The position numbers were made by a program, and so were the translations under genes. Below the pieces are notes generated by a model. That model saw nothing but the letters and a program-made list of their open reading frames with translations. It made no database searches and was not told where the DNA came from. Below, piece by piece: positions 51,298-63,697 of a stretch of 64,000 bases of DNA (position 1 is its first letter; the number at the start of each line of letters is the position of its first letter). The stretch covers positions 23,002,001 to 23,066,000 of the forward strand of contig NW_025963791.1 in NCBI RefSeq assembly GCF_023055435.1, written 5' to 3'. The stretch is from Haliotis rufescens (Eukaryota).

Positions 51298-51558
51298 GTT
51301 TGTTTGTTGTTTAACGCTGCACTCAGCAATATTCTAGCTATATGACGGCGGTCTGTAAATAATCGAGTCTGGACCAGACAATCCAGTAATTATCATCATG
51401 AGCATCGATCCACGCTATTGGGATACGATGACATGCATCAACCAAGTCAGCGAGCCTGACCACCCGATCCCGTTAGTTGCCTCTTACGACACGCATAGTC
51501 ACCTTTTGCAGCAAGCATGGGTTGCTGAAGACCTATTTTACCCCGGATCTTCACGGGT
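51298..51558 (-). mobile_element. SINE-like family B
   Basis: Full copy. Confidence 0.85.
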
Positions 51559-53135
51559 AATATACATATGTGAGACAAAGATAAAGTTTCTTTTAAAATT
51601 TGTTTTAATTTTTCCAGCTATTACTCATCCTCATGTAACTTTCTCAATTCAAAAACAAATAAAGCACAACGCATGTCCACCTCCGACAATCCAATATATT
51701 GTATCTTCATTCTGTAACATAATATATAATTGAGAAATAATACACCTATTCTACCCCGGGTCTTCACGGGTCTATTTCAATATGTGATATTGATAGACAT
51801 GTTAGTGTGTGTACCCGTCCGTGGAAAGCAATACATTTTCTTTACAGTCATGATGTGCAGGTGTATTGTTACCAGTAAATGATACCGTCATAAACATGGG
51901 AATTGAACTCATAACTGACTCACGAACGGCGACAACTGCAGCTGTGCAACGATTCCCATTCTGCAAAGGTACGTAACATGATGCGCCTTCAGAACACTGG
52001 GACATCTATGTCCCAAATACCCTGTGAAGCGGCGCGAACAGCCGACCCATAAAGCCCTACTAAAATGTTCATTGTATCACAACAAAAATAATAATCAAAA
52101 TATCAACAGTGATCAGTGTACAAGAAGAGCACATTACGGTTGCTATATGACTTCCTACTTAACGGGCAACTATAGTGTTCGTGTATGTATGTATGTATGT
52201 ATGTATGTATAAAGAGAGAGATATATATATTTACGTTAAGCTAACAAGGAAGAAAATTACAGATTGTGGGTATCACGTGACTTTGAACAACACCAGTGGG
52301 TGTGGGAGACGAATGTCTAAAGCAGAATAGGAGCACAGCTACACAGTTTCAGAGTTCACTCACGTCTGTGGACAAGCTGCCAATTTCAGGAACCTGTGTA
52401 AACCAAACAGGTGTGGAATCGGAGTGTTTCACTTGAAGGTAGGTTAGATTTTATTAGTCGAAAAGTTTGAACAACAAACCAGGAAGGTAAATACGAAGAT
52501 AAAACTCATTAAATGTATAGGAAAATGTACAACTTTATGAATATTAATTTTTTGTTTATTGAATTTAGCGACGTTTCGATGAAGATTCTTACACCGTTAT
52601 CCTATCGCTATGCAAAAAAACCCAGAAGTTTACTTTCCAGCAAGCTGTAGATTTTCTTATTCACTCACCAACTTCTAGAATGCCCACTAAACAGCCTTAA
52701 ATATTAATGATAGCCATCAGTGTTTATTCACAATTTTATAAACAGTATATATTTATACTACATGCATATTACGCGCATTGCGGTGAGGGTTATCCGAGCG
52801 TGTGCTGTGCATCATACACTCGACACAGCCATTACGCCGCGCTCACTAGATCGTGGACAACTCGGTGATATTTTGTTGCCGTAAGCCATAGGGGCAACGA
52901 CTTTTAAGACAAAATTCATGAAATTCCGTCGTTAATATCATATGAGGACGAGTTAAAACAGAAATATGCAACCGTAGAGCCCCGAAATTGTTTCCTTATT
53001 TGTTCTGCGACGTTGTAGGTAGGTGGCGTACAGATATGATTCACAAGCTCAGTTGATAGGCTTAATGCGCATGTATATGAGTGGTAAGCAAACATCGTTT
53101 AAAAAAAGTCCCAATTCAGTTCACATACCAGCATA

Positions 53136-54165
53136 CTCTATGGTCACACAGATGCGTTAACAATCTTGCACTGAATATGTCTCGCTCTTCTAGACTGTTT
53201 CCAGTCTCCCCTTTGGTCACGTTTGATTAATTCACTCATATTTTGTAATGTCTATTGTTTTTCTATTTACTCATTGAATTAATCCATTTTTAATATTCAT
53301 ATAGGGTGTTGCGATTTACACAAGATTCGCTGTATGGAGATACTTCGTGCCACGATAGACTTACCGTATTTCGTGATGTTGTGTATCTATACAAACCTAA
53401 AGGACAATGATGCGTAAATAGTGTTTTCTGAACGCGATTCCTAATATAATATAATTTCAATTGACTCAAAGATACTAATATGCTTCGGTGTATTAATTCT
53501 GTAATGGAGAAATCATGAAAATATGTTGATTCCGTAAGTTTGTTGTTTTTATTATGGCCGTGGGATTCTGGAGACCTACAAAAAGTCATACCGAACTTGG
53601 GGAACACTGTGTCAGTGGCATCAGTAGGACTTCCTGAAGGTCTCCAGAAATATCAAGCTTTCTACTATTGTTTTCCAGGTTGTTGTTATTTTTTGTCAAA
53701 TGCTCATACGTCCTTTCAAAGGTGTATTTTGTCAAGACGAATGGAGAGTTTAAATGAATAACAGTATAATAACAGTGTATGACGTCTACCCAGTGAAATC
53801 TCGTTAATCCGAACACTGCTGAATCCAGTGAAATCGTCCGGATTAGCAAAATCCTTTCAGTGTATCTATAACCGGTCCCTGTTACTGTTAACTACCGTTA
53901 AACAGGGTTTCCGGATTAACGACTAGGACACCGTTAAAACGGCAGGTTAAAGTTGCGTCCCTAGTCCAAAAGTCCAATGAAAGAAGGCATTGAAGAGTAT
54001 CTAGCAAAACACATTATGCAAAGCATGTTTTAATGTACACACATTTTCTATTCCTTTGACAGCCATATCTTCACTGTCAGCAAACACGAAATGCAATGTG
54101 AATGTGTTTGGGTTTTTTCTTTTTCTTTTCTCTGGCGTTGAGAGACATATCCCGGTCTTGTGTGT
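53136..54165 (+). repeat. ~1-kb local direct duplication, copy 1 (copy 2 at ~56842-58185)
   Basis: Colinear high-identity blocks, e.g. CAATCTTGCACTGAATATGTCTC and CAATGAAAGAAGGCATTGAAGAGTATCTAGC in both. Confidence 0.9.
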
Positions 54166-54976
54166 TTGGTAGAATGGGTCTTCAGCAACCCATGCTTGTC
54201 GTAAAAGGTGACTACGCTTGTCGTAAAAGGCGACTAACGGGATCGGGTGGTCAGCTCGCTGACTTGGTTGATGCATGTCATCGATCCCAATTGCGTGGAT
54301 CGATGCTCATGATATCTTTTACTGGATTGTCTGGTCCAGACTCGATTTTTTACAGACCGCCGTCATATAGCTGGAAAATTGCTTAGTGTTGCGTTAAACT
54401 TGGCATTTCCAAGTTTTGGCAACATTGGAGATATATATTTTGAAACAATTTAGCGGGGGCACTAGGCCTAGCCAAGCGGGATCAGTACGGGATCTGTGCT
54501 TGTAGACCTCTGCGTCTTGAAACCTTTTTCACAAATTAAAATTGTTGGATTTCTGCCGAAATATGTTTGAATTGTTACCTTGTTTCGTTTTGTCGCTGTG
54601 TGTACATCTGACGGCACTTCTTAAAGTTATGACAGGACAGGCCGACAGTCAACAACGTCTGACCGTGGCCGTGACGTCTCATAGACTAGGGTTAGAGTAG
54701 CCTCCCCTTTGACAAAGGGCAGTTACTTTAGCGGACAGACCGATTGATTGCCGCGAAAAGCAAGTAAAAACAATAGTTGTTTTGCGTATATGTTGCATCG
54801 CTTCAGTTGGAACTAAATTGGCTACTGTCACTGTCCGACAGACACATCACTTACCCTGTGGCGTAATAAATATTAATGCGCGCATTCCAGGACAGCTCGC
54901 AATGTTTCGGTAATGTTTGTGAGAGAGGGACAGCGACTTTCAAGCACAGAATTAAAGAATGACATTATGTGATAAA

Positions 54977-55126
54977 GAGGTTATCGCGCGAGTGTGTTTG
55001 GGGATGGTGAATATCCTGTATTAGGAATAAACACCATGTATGTAGCTCACAAAGGCTCGCTTAATACAATGTTTATTCTTAATGCAGGATATTTACCATC
55101 CCCAAACACACTCGCGTGATAACCTC
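54977..55126. mobile_element. Small fold-back/MITE-like element with ~56-bp inverted arms
   Basis: GAGGTTATCGCGCGAGTGTGTTTGGG...CCCAAACACACTCGCGTGATAACCTC. Confidence 0.65.
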
Positions 55127-56220
55127 CATTGATGTGTATATTTGTTGCTCAACCCACATCCCCGCCTGGACAATGCAGTGCGCTGGGGCAGTATACCGCG
55201 GCGCCTATCTCCCCTTTCCGGTGTTTGCCCTGTGCCTTGAAGTTGAAACCCCGGTGCTGCCACACTTGAATACGTATTGAGGTTGAGGTGACATGGGATT
55301 TGACGTCTCCTTGAAGATTATTGCACTTATATATGCACATATGTGCCGATTTATAGTCCCAGCCCACTAAGAAACCATTGCAGCAGTTTTAACAAAGATA
55401 CCCCACTCAGACACAGTAAACTGACTCCGACCCGGCTAGTCCTTGTTTAGACCCTTAATGCCGAGCGCCATGCAGGGTAACAACAAGTATCATTTAAAGT
55501 ATTTTGTTATGACGCGGTAGGGGATCGAGTCAGAAGTCAGAAATTATCAATTATTTTTATTACATCTTTTATGTAAAGACAAAATGTATTTTTAAAGAAC
55601 TAAGCTAATTTTGCCAATAATTTATTTATATTAAAATACCATTGCGTTGTTTTAGATAGACACTCTAAAAGAGTCCACTGTTCCGACTCGTGGTCTATGT
55701 ATCATATATCCCTGCAATATATCCACCCCGATTAGGCTTGTCTCATATTTACTTTAACATTATGAATGCAGGTGAAGGGGAACACGTGAAATCAGATAAC
55801 AACGGGTCATGTCCTACTCGTATTGTCTACCGTTGGGAAGCCACGGCGGTTAGAATTGTATAGAATGATATGAACACGGGCCACAGGAAAAAAACCGATT
55901 TAGCTGGTCGATCCGTTGGGTTACAATAGATCACTGAAGACATTAGCATATACAAATGTGTATTCTAGTGTTGAAATGCGTCAATACATGTAAGGTAAAC
56001 ATTATAAACTATGACTTTATAAACACTGTTTGAATTAAAATCGAGTACCGCCTTATACGTTAAGGGTGAAAAGGCAACAGAGGCAGACTTTCAACACGCT
56101 CAAAGAGACACAGGAAGAAACGTTATCCTTTATTCACAGGTAAATGGCAGTTGTTACTTACTGCACCACTGACCTATATATATAAGTCCGTGACTGCACG
56201 AGCGGCACGTGATGGATGTA

Positions 56221-56395
56221 CAGTAAACTACGGTTATAACGAACACGCTTATAACGAACTGACCGATATAACGAACTTAAATTTTAGTCCCGGCTATTTG
56301 TTGTATATATGCTGTATATATGCTTATAACGAACTACGGTTATAACGAACTAAAATTAGTGGTCCCTTTGAGTTCGTTATAACCGTAGTTTACTG
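56221..56395. mobile_element. pogo/Tigger-like MITE (TA TSD)
   Basis: TA|CAGTAAACTACGGTTATAACGAAC...GTTCGTTATAACCGTAGTTTACTG|TA; degenerate relative near 9646-9750. Confidence 0.8.
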
Positions 56396-56841
56396 TATGT
56401 TCCACAGTAAACAAAACGACGAACTTCCTGATCAATGGCAATGTGTAGATGAAGAGATAAGCCAAATTTAAGTATTGCATTATTAATCCAAAGTTCATTG
56501 TTACATGATTTCATGATCATCAATCCTACGATTGACGGTAACGATATGTAAATATCATGATAAATATTCATGTATCGTGTTTATTTCAACCTTAATCTCC
56601 CAACATGCATCTGCATTCGCGACATTCTCTTCACGCACGCCGACATTATTAATTAATCATACAGTGACAATCACAATGCAAAACGATTATACAACATTGT
56701 AGTACCAATGAAACGTCGTTTAGAATGTTTTTATAATTATATGATGGTATCAAGTTACACCCCCGTGTTGCCATGAACAAGGAAGTAAGTCAGGCAACGC
56801 GACCGAGGTGTGCACATGCCGTATCAGGGAGCTACATAGGA

Positions 56842-58185
56842 CTCTATGGTAACACGGATGAGATGACAATCTTGCACTGAATATGTCTCTCTCTTCTAGA
56901 CTGTTTCCAGTCTCCTCTTTGGTCACGTTTTATTCATTCACTCATATTTTGTAATGTCTCTTGTTTTTCTATTTAGTCATTGAATTAATCCATTTTTTTC
57001 ATATTTGTATGGGGTGTTGCGATTTACACATGATTCGCTGTATGGAGATACTTCGTGCCACGATAGACTTACTGTATTTCGTGATGACATGTATCAAAAC
57101 AAACCTATATTTGTTTAAAGGACAATGATGCGTAAAATACTGTTTTCTGAACGCGATTCCTAATATAATGTCATTTCAATTGACTCAAAGATACTAATAT
57201 GCTCCGGTGTATTAATTCTGTAATGGAGAAATCATGAGAATATGTTGATTCCGTAAGCAGAATCCACGAACCCGGAAGCTGTATGATATGAAGTGTTTAC
57301 TATCGAGTTTGTTGTTTTTATTATGGCCGTGGGATTCTGGAGACTTGGGGAACACTGTGTCAGGAGGACTTGTATCAGTAGGACTTCCTGAAGGTCTCCA
57401 GAAACATCAAGCTTTCTACTATTGTTTTCCAGGTTGTTGTTATTTTTTGTCAAATGCTCATACGTCCTTTCAAAGGTGTATTTTGTCAAGACGAAGTGAA
57501 ATCTCGTTAATCCGAACACTGCTGAATCCAGTGAAATCGTCCGGATTAGCAAAATCCCGGTTTAACGAATCGTTGTTGAAGATAATCCTTTCAGCGTATC
57601 TATAACCGGTCCCTATTACTGTTAACTACCGTTAAACATGGTTTCCGGATTAACGACTAGGACACCTTTAAAACGGCTGAGTAGAGTTGCGTCCCTAGTC
57701 GTACCAGGATCCGCTGGTCGTACGTTCAATTCCAAGAGTCGCCTCGATTATTACCCTTGGTAAACGCCCACGTCACCTTCCTCCCACAAAAAGCTGACAA
57801 GCAGTAATCTACAGTGCAAACGGCGAACACGCTCTCCAACCTGTCGGAAACATTGTTTTGTTATGCATGATATTCAAGTAGAGTGACTTAACAATTAGAG
57901 ACGCAAGCATCGACTTTGTTTACTGTCCAGCTTTATACGTCAGCCACTACGTTGTCGGTCTGAAAATTGACATATATGTACATGTCATTCTTAGGTTCAA
58001 TGAAAGAAGGCATTGAAGAGTATCTAGCAAAACACATTATGCAAAGCATGTTTTAATGTACACACATTTTCTATTCCTTTGACAGCCTCGTCTTCACTAT
58101 CAGCAAACACGAAATGCAATGTGAATGTGGTTCTTTTCTTTTTCTTTTCTCTGGCGTTGAGAGACATATCCCGCTCTTGTTTGTT
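56842..58185 (+). repeat. Local direct duplication, copy 2 (extra ~300 bp at ~57700-57995)
   Basis: See copy 1. Confidence 0.9.
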
Positions 58186-58436
58186 CGTTCGTCGATTGAA
58201 CCTTGGCCCCTTCATTCTCATTTAAATACAAAGGCGTTTACATGTATAACTCAGTACTAAAGTAGACAACCTGCTAACATGTCAATAGAGTTTAACAATT
58301 ATTTAAAAACTTACTCTATATATAGAGTGTGACAGGTTGATATTGGAGGAATGCCATGAGGACGATGAACACCGTCATGAGCAAGGGACATAACTCCCCA
58401 AACGTTTAGTCAACTGGCCATCCGCCTCCAGACAGA

Positions 58437-58704
58437 TTGGTTGGTTGGTTTGTTGTTTTACGCCGCACTCAGCAATATTCCAGCTATATGACGGCGGTCT
58501 GTAAATAATCGAGTCTGGACCAGGCAATCCAGTGATTGACATCATGAGCATCGATCTACGCAATTGGGATACGGTGACATGCATCAACCAAGTCAGCGGG
58601 CCTGACCACCCAATCCCGTTAGTGGCCTCTTACGACAAGCATAGTCGCCTTTTACGACAAGCATGGGTTTCTGAAGACCTATTCTACCCCGGATCTTCAC
58701 GGGT
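58437..58704 (-). mobile_element. SINE-like family B (CCCGTGAAGATCCGGG...GTCGTAAGAGGCGACTAA...GGAATATTGCTGAGTGCGGCG-(CAAA/CCAA)n); abundant
   Basis: Near-identical copies also at ~447-655(+), 6905-7026(+), 19246-19460(+), 21160-21340(-), 21758-21991(+), 27055-27312(-), 45225-45485(-), 48165-48437(-), 51298-51558(-), 54168-54398(+), 59472-59734(+); 8-bp TSD TCCAGACA here. Confidence 0.88.
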
Positions 58705-59471
58705 ATCCAGACACAGAGGGGCAGATATATTATCATGAGGATCAAATCACATTAACTACCGCTGGTTGAAACAACTGATTTGATCTGAGGTCCGCATCAC
58801 CGCGGAAACTATCACTTATAGAAAAGTGCTTCTTTCTCATTATTGTCCGTAGGCATTTTGAAATAACGATGTACACTTATCGGTTATAAACTGCAGAGTT
58901 GATGTTACAACAATATTCAATGTCGAGATTGATTCAATGTATGCACGGCAGTGCCTTTTGGGCAGGAAGCTCTCGAGAAAGAAATCAAGGGATAGAGTTA
59001 TTCAGGTTTTAGGGAAACAGAGAGACAAATCCACGCCGCTTTACTCAATAGCTATGCTCACACGAAGTTCGCGCTGTACGGAACCGTGCTCTAAATTGTC
59101 AACATGGTATGTTTATCTCCTAATTGTTACTTACCCAATCTTGCAGCGATAGACTTCACACACAGACAGGTTTAAAGTGCATCAGTGGGAATAAAACTGA
59201 GCATGCCAACCTCATGTTCACTGAATTCCGATACCATCTCATTGCTCACCCCAGAATCCCGAAACTGCTACAAATCTAAAAGAATTGAGAAAACAGTGCA
59301 ATTTGTTCTTACTGAAAAAAATATCAAATACGATTTTATTTGCACACCGCAAATCCCTCGTATACCGAAAGGGGAATGACACTCTCAGCTCCTTGGGGAG
59401 TATTCAACAGACGCCAACATAAGCTAGAGAGTTCACAGGCATTTATACCACCTCATCGCGCCTGGTACCCG

Positions 59472-59734
59472 ACCCGTGAAGACCCCGGGTAGAATTAAAA
59501 ATGCTTGCCGTAACAGGCGACTATGCCTGTCGTAAGAGGCTACTAACAGGATCGGGTGGCCAGGCTCTCTGACTTGATTGATGCATGTCATCGTATCCCA
59601 ATTGCGTGGGCCGATGCTCATGATGTCAATCACTGGATTGTCTGGTCCAGACTCGATTATTTACAGACCGCCGTCATATAGCTGAAATATTGGTGAGTGC
59701 GGCGTTAAACAACAAACAACAAATAACAAACAAC
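59472..59734 (+). mobile_element. SINE-like family B
   Basis: Full copy flanked by CCTGGTAC repeats. Confidence 0.85.
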
Positions 59735-60228
59735 GTACCTGGTACTCGTTCTTTTTGAAAGACTCAAATAAAGCACAAATAACACATTTCAAATAAAGCA
59801 ACTTATCTTAGAGACAAGTGGTTTCTGTATCGTGGATGAACAAACGTCAACTAGTAAAATGAAAACAAACGCCATGTTTTTACATTTCTTTTCTTACATT
59901 TTATGCGTTTACTTTGATTTTGTTAATAAGTACCAGGGTCACAGATGGTCAGTCTTCTTAAGCGCCGCAATTCTCTGTGCAGAGTTGCGCACATTGGGCA
60001 CACCAGATTGTGGGTTCGAATCCCGGTTCGCTCCGATTATGTTTCTAGGTTTGTCAGCACCAAACCCGTGCTTCTGGGCTTCTACCAAGCTGGTAAACGT
60101 CTGAGACCTGCATCACTTCCGGCTTTCCTACCTTTTCTAAGCTGACAAGCTGTCATGTAACTGCGCGGAATACTGTTCAAAGCGGCGTTAAACCCAACTC
60201 ACTCACTCACTCATAAATACCAAAATGT

Positions 60229-60369
60229 TTCGCTCGTTACGCCGAAGACACGGGTTCGATTCCCGACATGGGTACAATGTGTGAAGCCCATTTCTGGTGT
60301 CCCCCACCGTGATATTGTTGGAATATTGCTAAAAAAAAAACGTAAAACCATTCTCACTCACTCACTCAC
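60229..60369 (+). mobile_element. SINE family A, 5'-truncated
   Basis: B box, body and (ACTC)n tail. Confidence 0.82.
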
Positions 60370-60500
60370 CAAGATGTAATGTAACGTCACAGTTTCAGAC
60401 TTTGAGGCTGTTATACGAGGCCAGTATAGTGACCCTCTCCAATAACTACACTCAACCACTTTATCTGTTATGTTTCAGCATCGTCGTTGGCAACGCCATC

Positions 60501-62571
60501 ATGGGCTTATACACAGCATTCCGCAAGAATGGCGCCCCAACATTCTACGAGGCCAACAAGACGCCATTCGAGGCTGACCTCTTGGAGTCCGGTCTCATCT
60601 TTTGCATCGTCATTCTTGCCTTCTCCTTCTATGTCGTACTGCCGGGAATCCGGGGCAAAGAGGTAGGCTGTCTGTTGTACTGTCTGTTGTACTGTCTGTC
60701 ACAAGGAAGTAGGATGTCTGTTGTACTGTCTGTGACAAGGAGGTAGGCTGCCTGTTGTACTGTCTGTGACAAGGAGGTAGACTGTCTGTTGTACTGTCTG
60801 TGACAAGGAGGTAGGCTGCCTGTTGTACTGTCTTTGACAAGGAGGCAGGCTGTCTGTTGTACTGTCTGTGACAAGGAGGTAGACTGTCTGTGGTACTGTC
60901 TGTGACAAGGAGGGAGGCTGTCTGTTGTACTGTCTGTGACAAGGAAGTAGACTGTCTGTTGTACTGTCTGTGACAAGGAGGTAGGCTGTCTGTTGTACTG
61001 TCTGTGACAAGGAGGGAGGCTGTCTGTTGTACTGTCTGTGACAAGGAAGTAGACTGTCTGTTGTACTGTCTGTGACAAGGAGGTAGACTGTCTGTTGTAC
61101 TGTCTGTGACAAGGAGGGAGGCTGTTTGTTGTACTGTCTGTGACAAGGAGGGAGGCTGTTTGTTGTACTGTCTGTGACAAGGAGGCAGGCTGTCTGTGGT
61201 ACTGTCTGTGACAAGGAGGGAGGCTGTCTGTTGTACTGCCTGTGACAAGGAGGCAGGCTGTCTGTTGTACTGTCTGTGACAAGGAGGGAGGCTGTCTGTT
61301 GTACTGTCTGTGACAAGGAGGTAGGCTGTCTGTTGTACTGTCTGTGACAAGGGGGCAGGCTGTCTGTTGTACTGTCTGTGACAAGGAGGTAGGCTGTCTG
61401 TTGTACTGTCTGTGACAAGGAGGTAGGCTGTCTGTTGTACTGTCTGTGATAAGGAGGTAAGCTGTCTGTTGTACTGTCTGTGACAAGGAGGGAGGCTGTT
61501 TGTTGTACTGTCTGTGACAAGGAGGTAGGCTGTTTGTTGTACTGTCTGTGACAAGGAGGTAGGCTGTCTGTTGTACTGTCTGTGACAAGGAGGGAGGCTG
61601 TTTGTTGTACTGTCTGTGACAAGGGGGTAAGCTGTCTGTTGTACTGTCTGTGATAAGGAGGGAGGCTGTTTGGTGTACTGTCTGTGACAAGGAGGGAGGC
61701 TGTCTGTTGTACTGTCTGTGACAAGGAGGTAGGCTGTCTGTTGTACTGTCTGTGACAAGGAGGGAGGCTGTCTGTTGTACTGTCTGTGACAAGGAGGTAG
61801 ACTGTCTGTTGTACTGGTTGTGACAAGGAGGGAGGCTGTTTGTTGTACTGTCTGTGACAAGGAGGGAGGCTGTTTGTTGTACTGTCTGTGACAAGGAGGT
61901 AGGCTGTCTGTTGTACTGTCTGTGACAAGGAGGGAGGCTGTCTGTTGTACTGTCTGTGATAAGGAGGGAGGCTGTTTGTTGTACTGTGACAGGGGGCGGT
62001 CGGGTAGCCTAGTGGTTAAAGCGTTCGCTCGTCACGCCGAACACCCGGGTTCGATTCCCGACATGGGTACAATGTGTGAAACCCATTTCTGGTGTCCCCC
62101 GTCGTGATATTGCTGGAATATTGCTAAAAGCGGCGTAAAACCATACTCACTCACTCACTCACTCATTGTACTGTGACAAGGAGGCTGTTGGTGACACTTG
62201 TTTAATTACTCCCCTTGTGAAATACCTCACTTCAGATGGTTTGGTGGGGTAGCGTAGAGCTTATCCTTGTACCTTCTTGTATATTTAACTGAAAAAAAAA
62301 CTGTAGTGAGTGAATTATGATCCTTGGTCTCAGTAATATTGTCTTCTCCTCTACCTTTCACATGGATGTGAAGCCCATTCCTGGTGTTCTCGCCCCGATG
62401 CGTAAAGCGGCGTAAAACCATACCCACTCACTACAGAAAGTTAAAACATATGTTTATTTCCCATATTCCTCAACGACATCAAAATGGTTCTCTTAAAATA
62501 TTTTTCTTTTCAGAAACTCTTCACATTTACCCGAATTACAGTCAGCTTATTTATCGGTGCTTCCATATTGT
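60501..62571 (+). CDS. DUOXA1: Dual oxidase maturation factor (DUOXA/NIP/moladietz family), 5' part only: exons 60501-60662 and 62514-62571; gene continues beyond window
   Basis: MGLYTAFRKNGAPTFYEANKTPFEADLLESGLIFCIVILAFSFYVVLPGIRGKE + KLFTFTRITVSLFIGASIL resembles recalled DUOXA N-terminus (LPGIRG, SLFIGA); acceptors at 60478 and 62513, donors GTAGG and GTAAGT. The paralogue number cannot be determined. Confidence 0.88.
60656..61991. repeat. 34-bp minisatellite, ~39 copies, built from the DUOXA exon donor
   Basis: GTAGGCTGTCTGTTGTACTGTCTGTGACAAGGAG. Confidence 0.97.
61992..62165 (+). mobile_element. tRNA(Asp)-like SINE family A, intact copy
   Basis: A box TAGCCTAGTGG, GTC anticodon-like loop, B box GGTTCGATTCC, (ACTC)n tail; 13-bp TSD TTGTACTGTGACA. 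Confidence 0.9.
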
Positions 62572-62940
62572 GTAAGTACGCCCCAACTCTTTGACATACA
62601 ACGAAGGGAACTCAGATAGAACTGACGTAGGTTTATTTTTTCCACTTGACAAATGGCACGTTTACCTTTTCGAGTGAGATATCAGGTTCCTATTTGCACA
62701 TGCAGTTATTCGTGGATATACCTGCTCTGCAAGGTTAATGGACGAGATTAGCCGGTAACCACCCTCCAGCACACAAGCAACGAATGCATGTATGTAAAGT
62801 ATATGTACATATCACTTATCAGCCACGACACTGTCAAACTTCCTGCATCATTATAACGATGACGTCACTGGAGTTACATCCTTGTTAAATGTGCCGGCGT
62901 TCAACACACAGTTTGCCCGTGTATATTAGGCGTTACCATT

Positions 62941-63256
62941 CGACCGCCTACATGGTCTAGTGGTAGAGCGTCCGCCCGGAAAGCGGAAGGTCGGGGGTTC
63001 GATACCCGGCCGGGTCACACCAAAAGACGTTAAAAGATGGTACTTGTTGTTACCCTGCCTGGTGCTCGGCATTAAGGGGCTAAAACAAGGACTGGTCGGA
63101 GTCAGTATACTGTGGCTGAGTGGGGTATTCATGTTTAACTCTGGCATAGTATATCAGTGAGCTTGCACTATGAAATCGGCGTCAGTCCGGACTAGTACCA
63201 GCTATAGATGTGCAATAATCTTGGATACGACGTTAAAACCCCGTTTCACCTCACAT
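62941..63256 (+). mobile_element. SINE family D
   Basis: Near-identical to the 47499 copy. Confidence 0.86.
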
Positions 63257-63633
63257 GTACAGTTATAAGATATCAGAGTGACCATCATGCATCATTGTAA
63301 ATCCTCCAGGTTAACCTCTGTCCTACATAAATTACTGTTTGTGCCTCACGTGTCGATGTACTCGGCCTGAGAGAAATAAATTACTGCTTTGTTCTGTTTT
63401 GTTGGAAGATTTAGCGCATTAAATATCAAAGAAAATGAAAATGAGAGGGCCCGTTTAATAATGGTTGAGAAATACTTCACGGTCATGTTTGTCTAATAAC
63501 CACCCTAAGCGCAAAAATACTGTGCTGTATCATTGAAAATATATTATTTGTGTACGACATTCGCAGACTGTTGCACAATTAGCGTCAAAACATTTGCAAA
63601 CATTTCAAAACAATTGGGGGAGTCATTTGAGCC

Positions 63634-63697
63634 GGGGGGGGGGGGGGGGGGGGGGGGGGGGAGAGAAGAGGGGGGAGGGGGGGGGGGGGGGGGGGGG
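63634..63697 (+). repeat. Poly-G tract (others at ~30878-30928 and ~31196-31225)
   Basis: Long G runs. Confidence 0.9.

Noticed and set aside
60610-61928. Three ~410-aa minus-strand ORFs
   Set aside because: All three frames of a stop-free 34-bp repeat
61992-62065. tRNA-Asp gene (and similar hits at 10262, 20523, 31954, 37341)
   Set aside because: Continues into a shared SINE body with microsatellite tail and TSDs; acceptor stem does not pair
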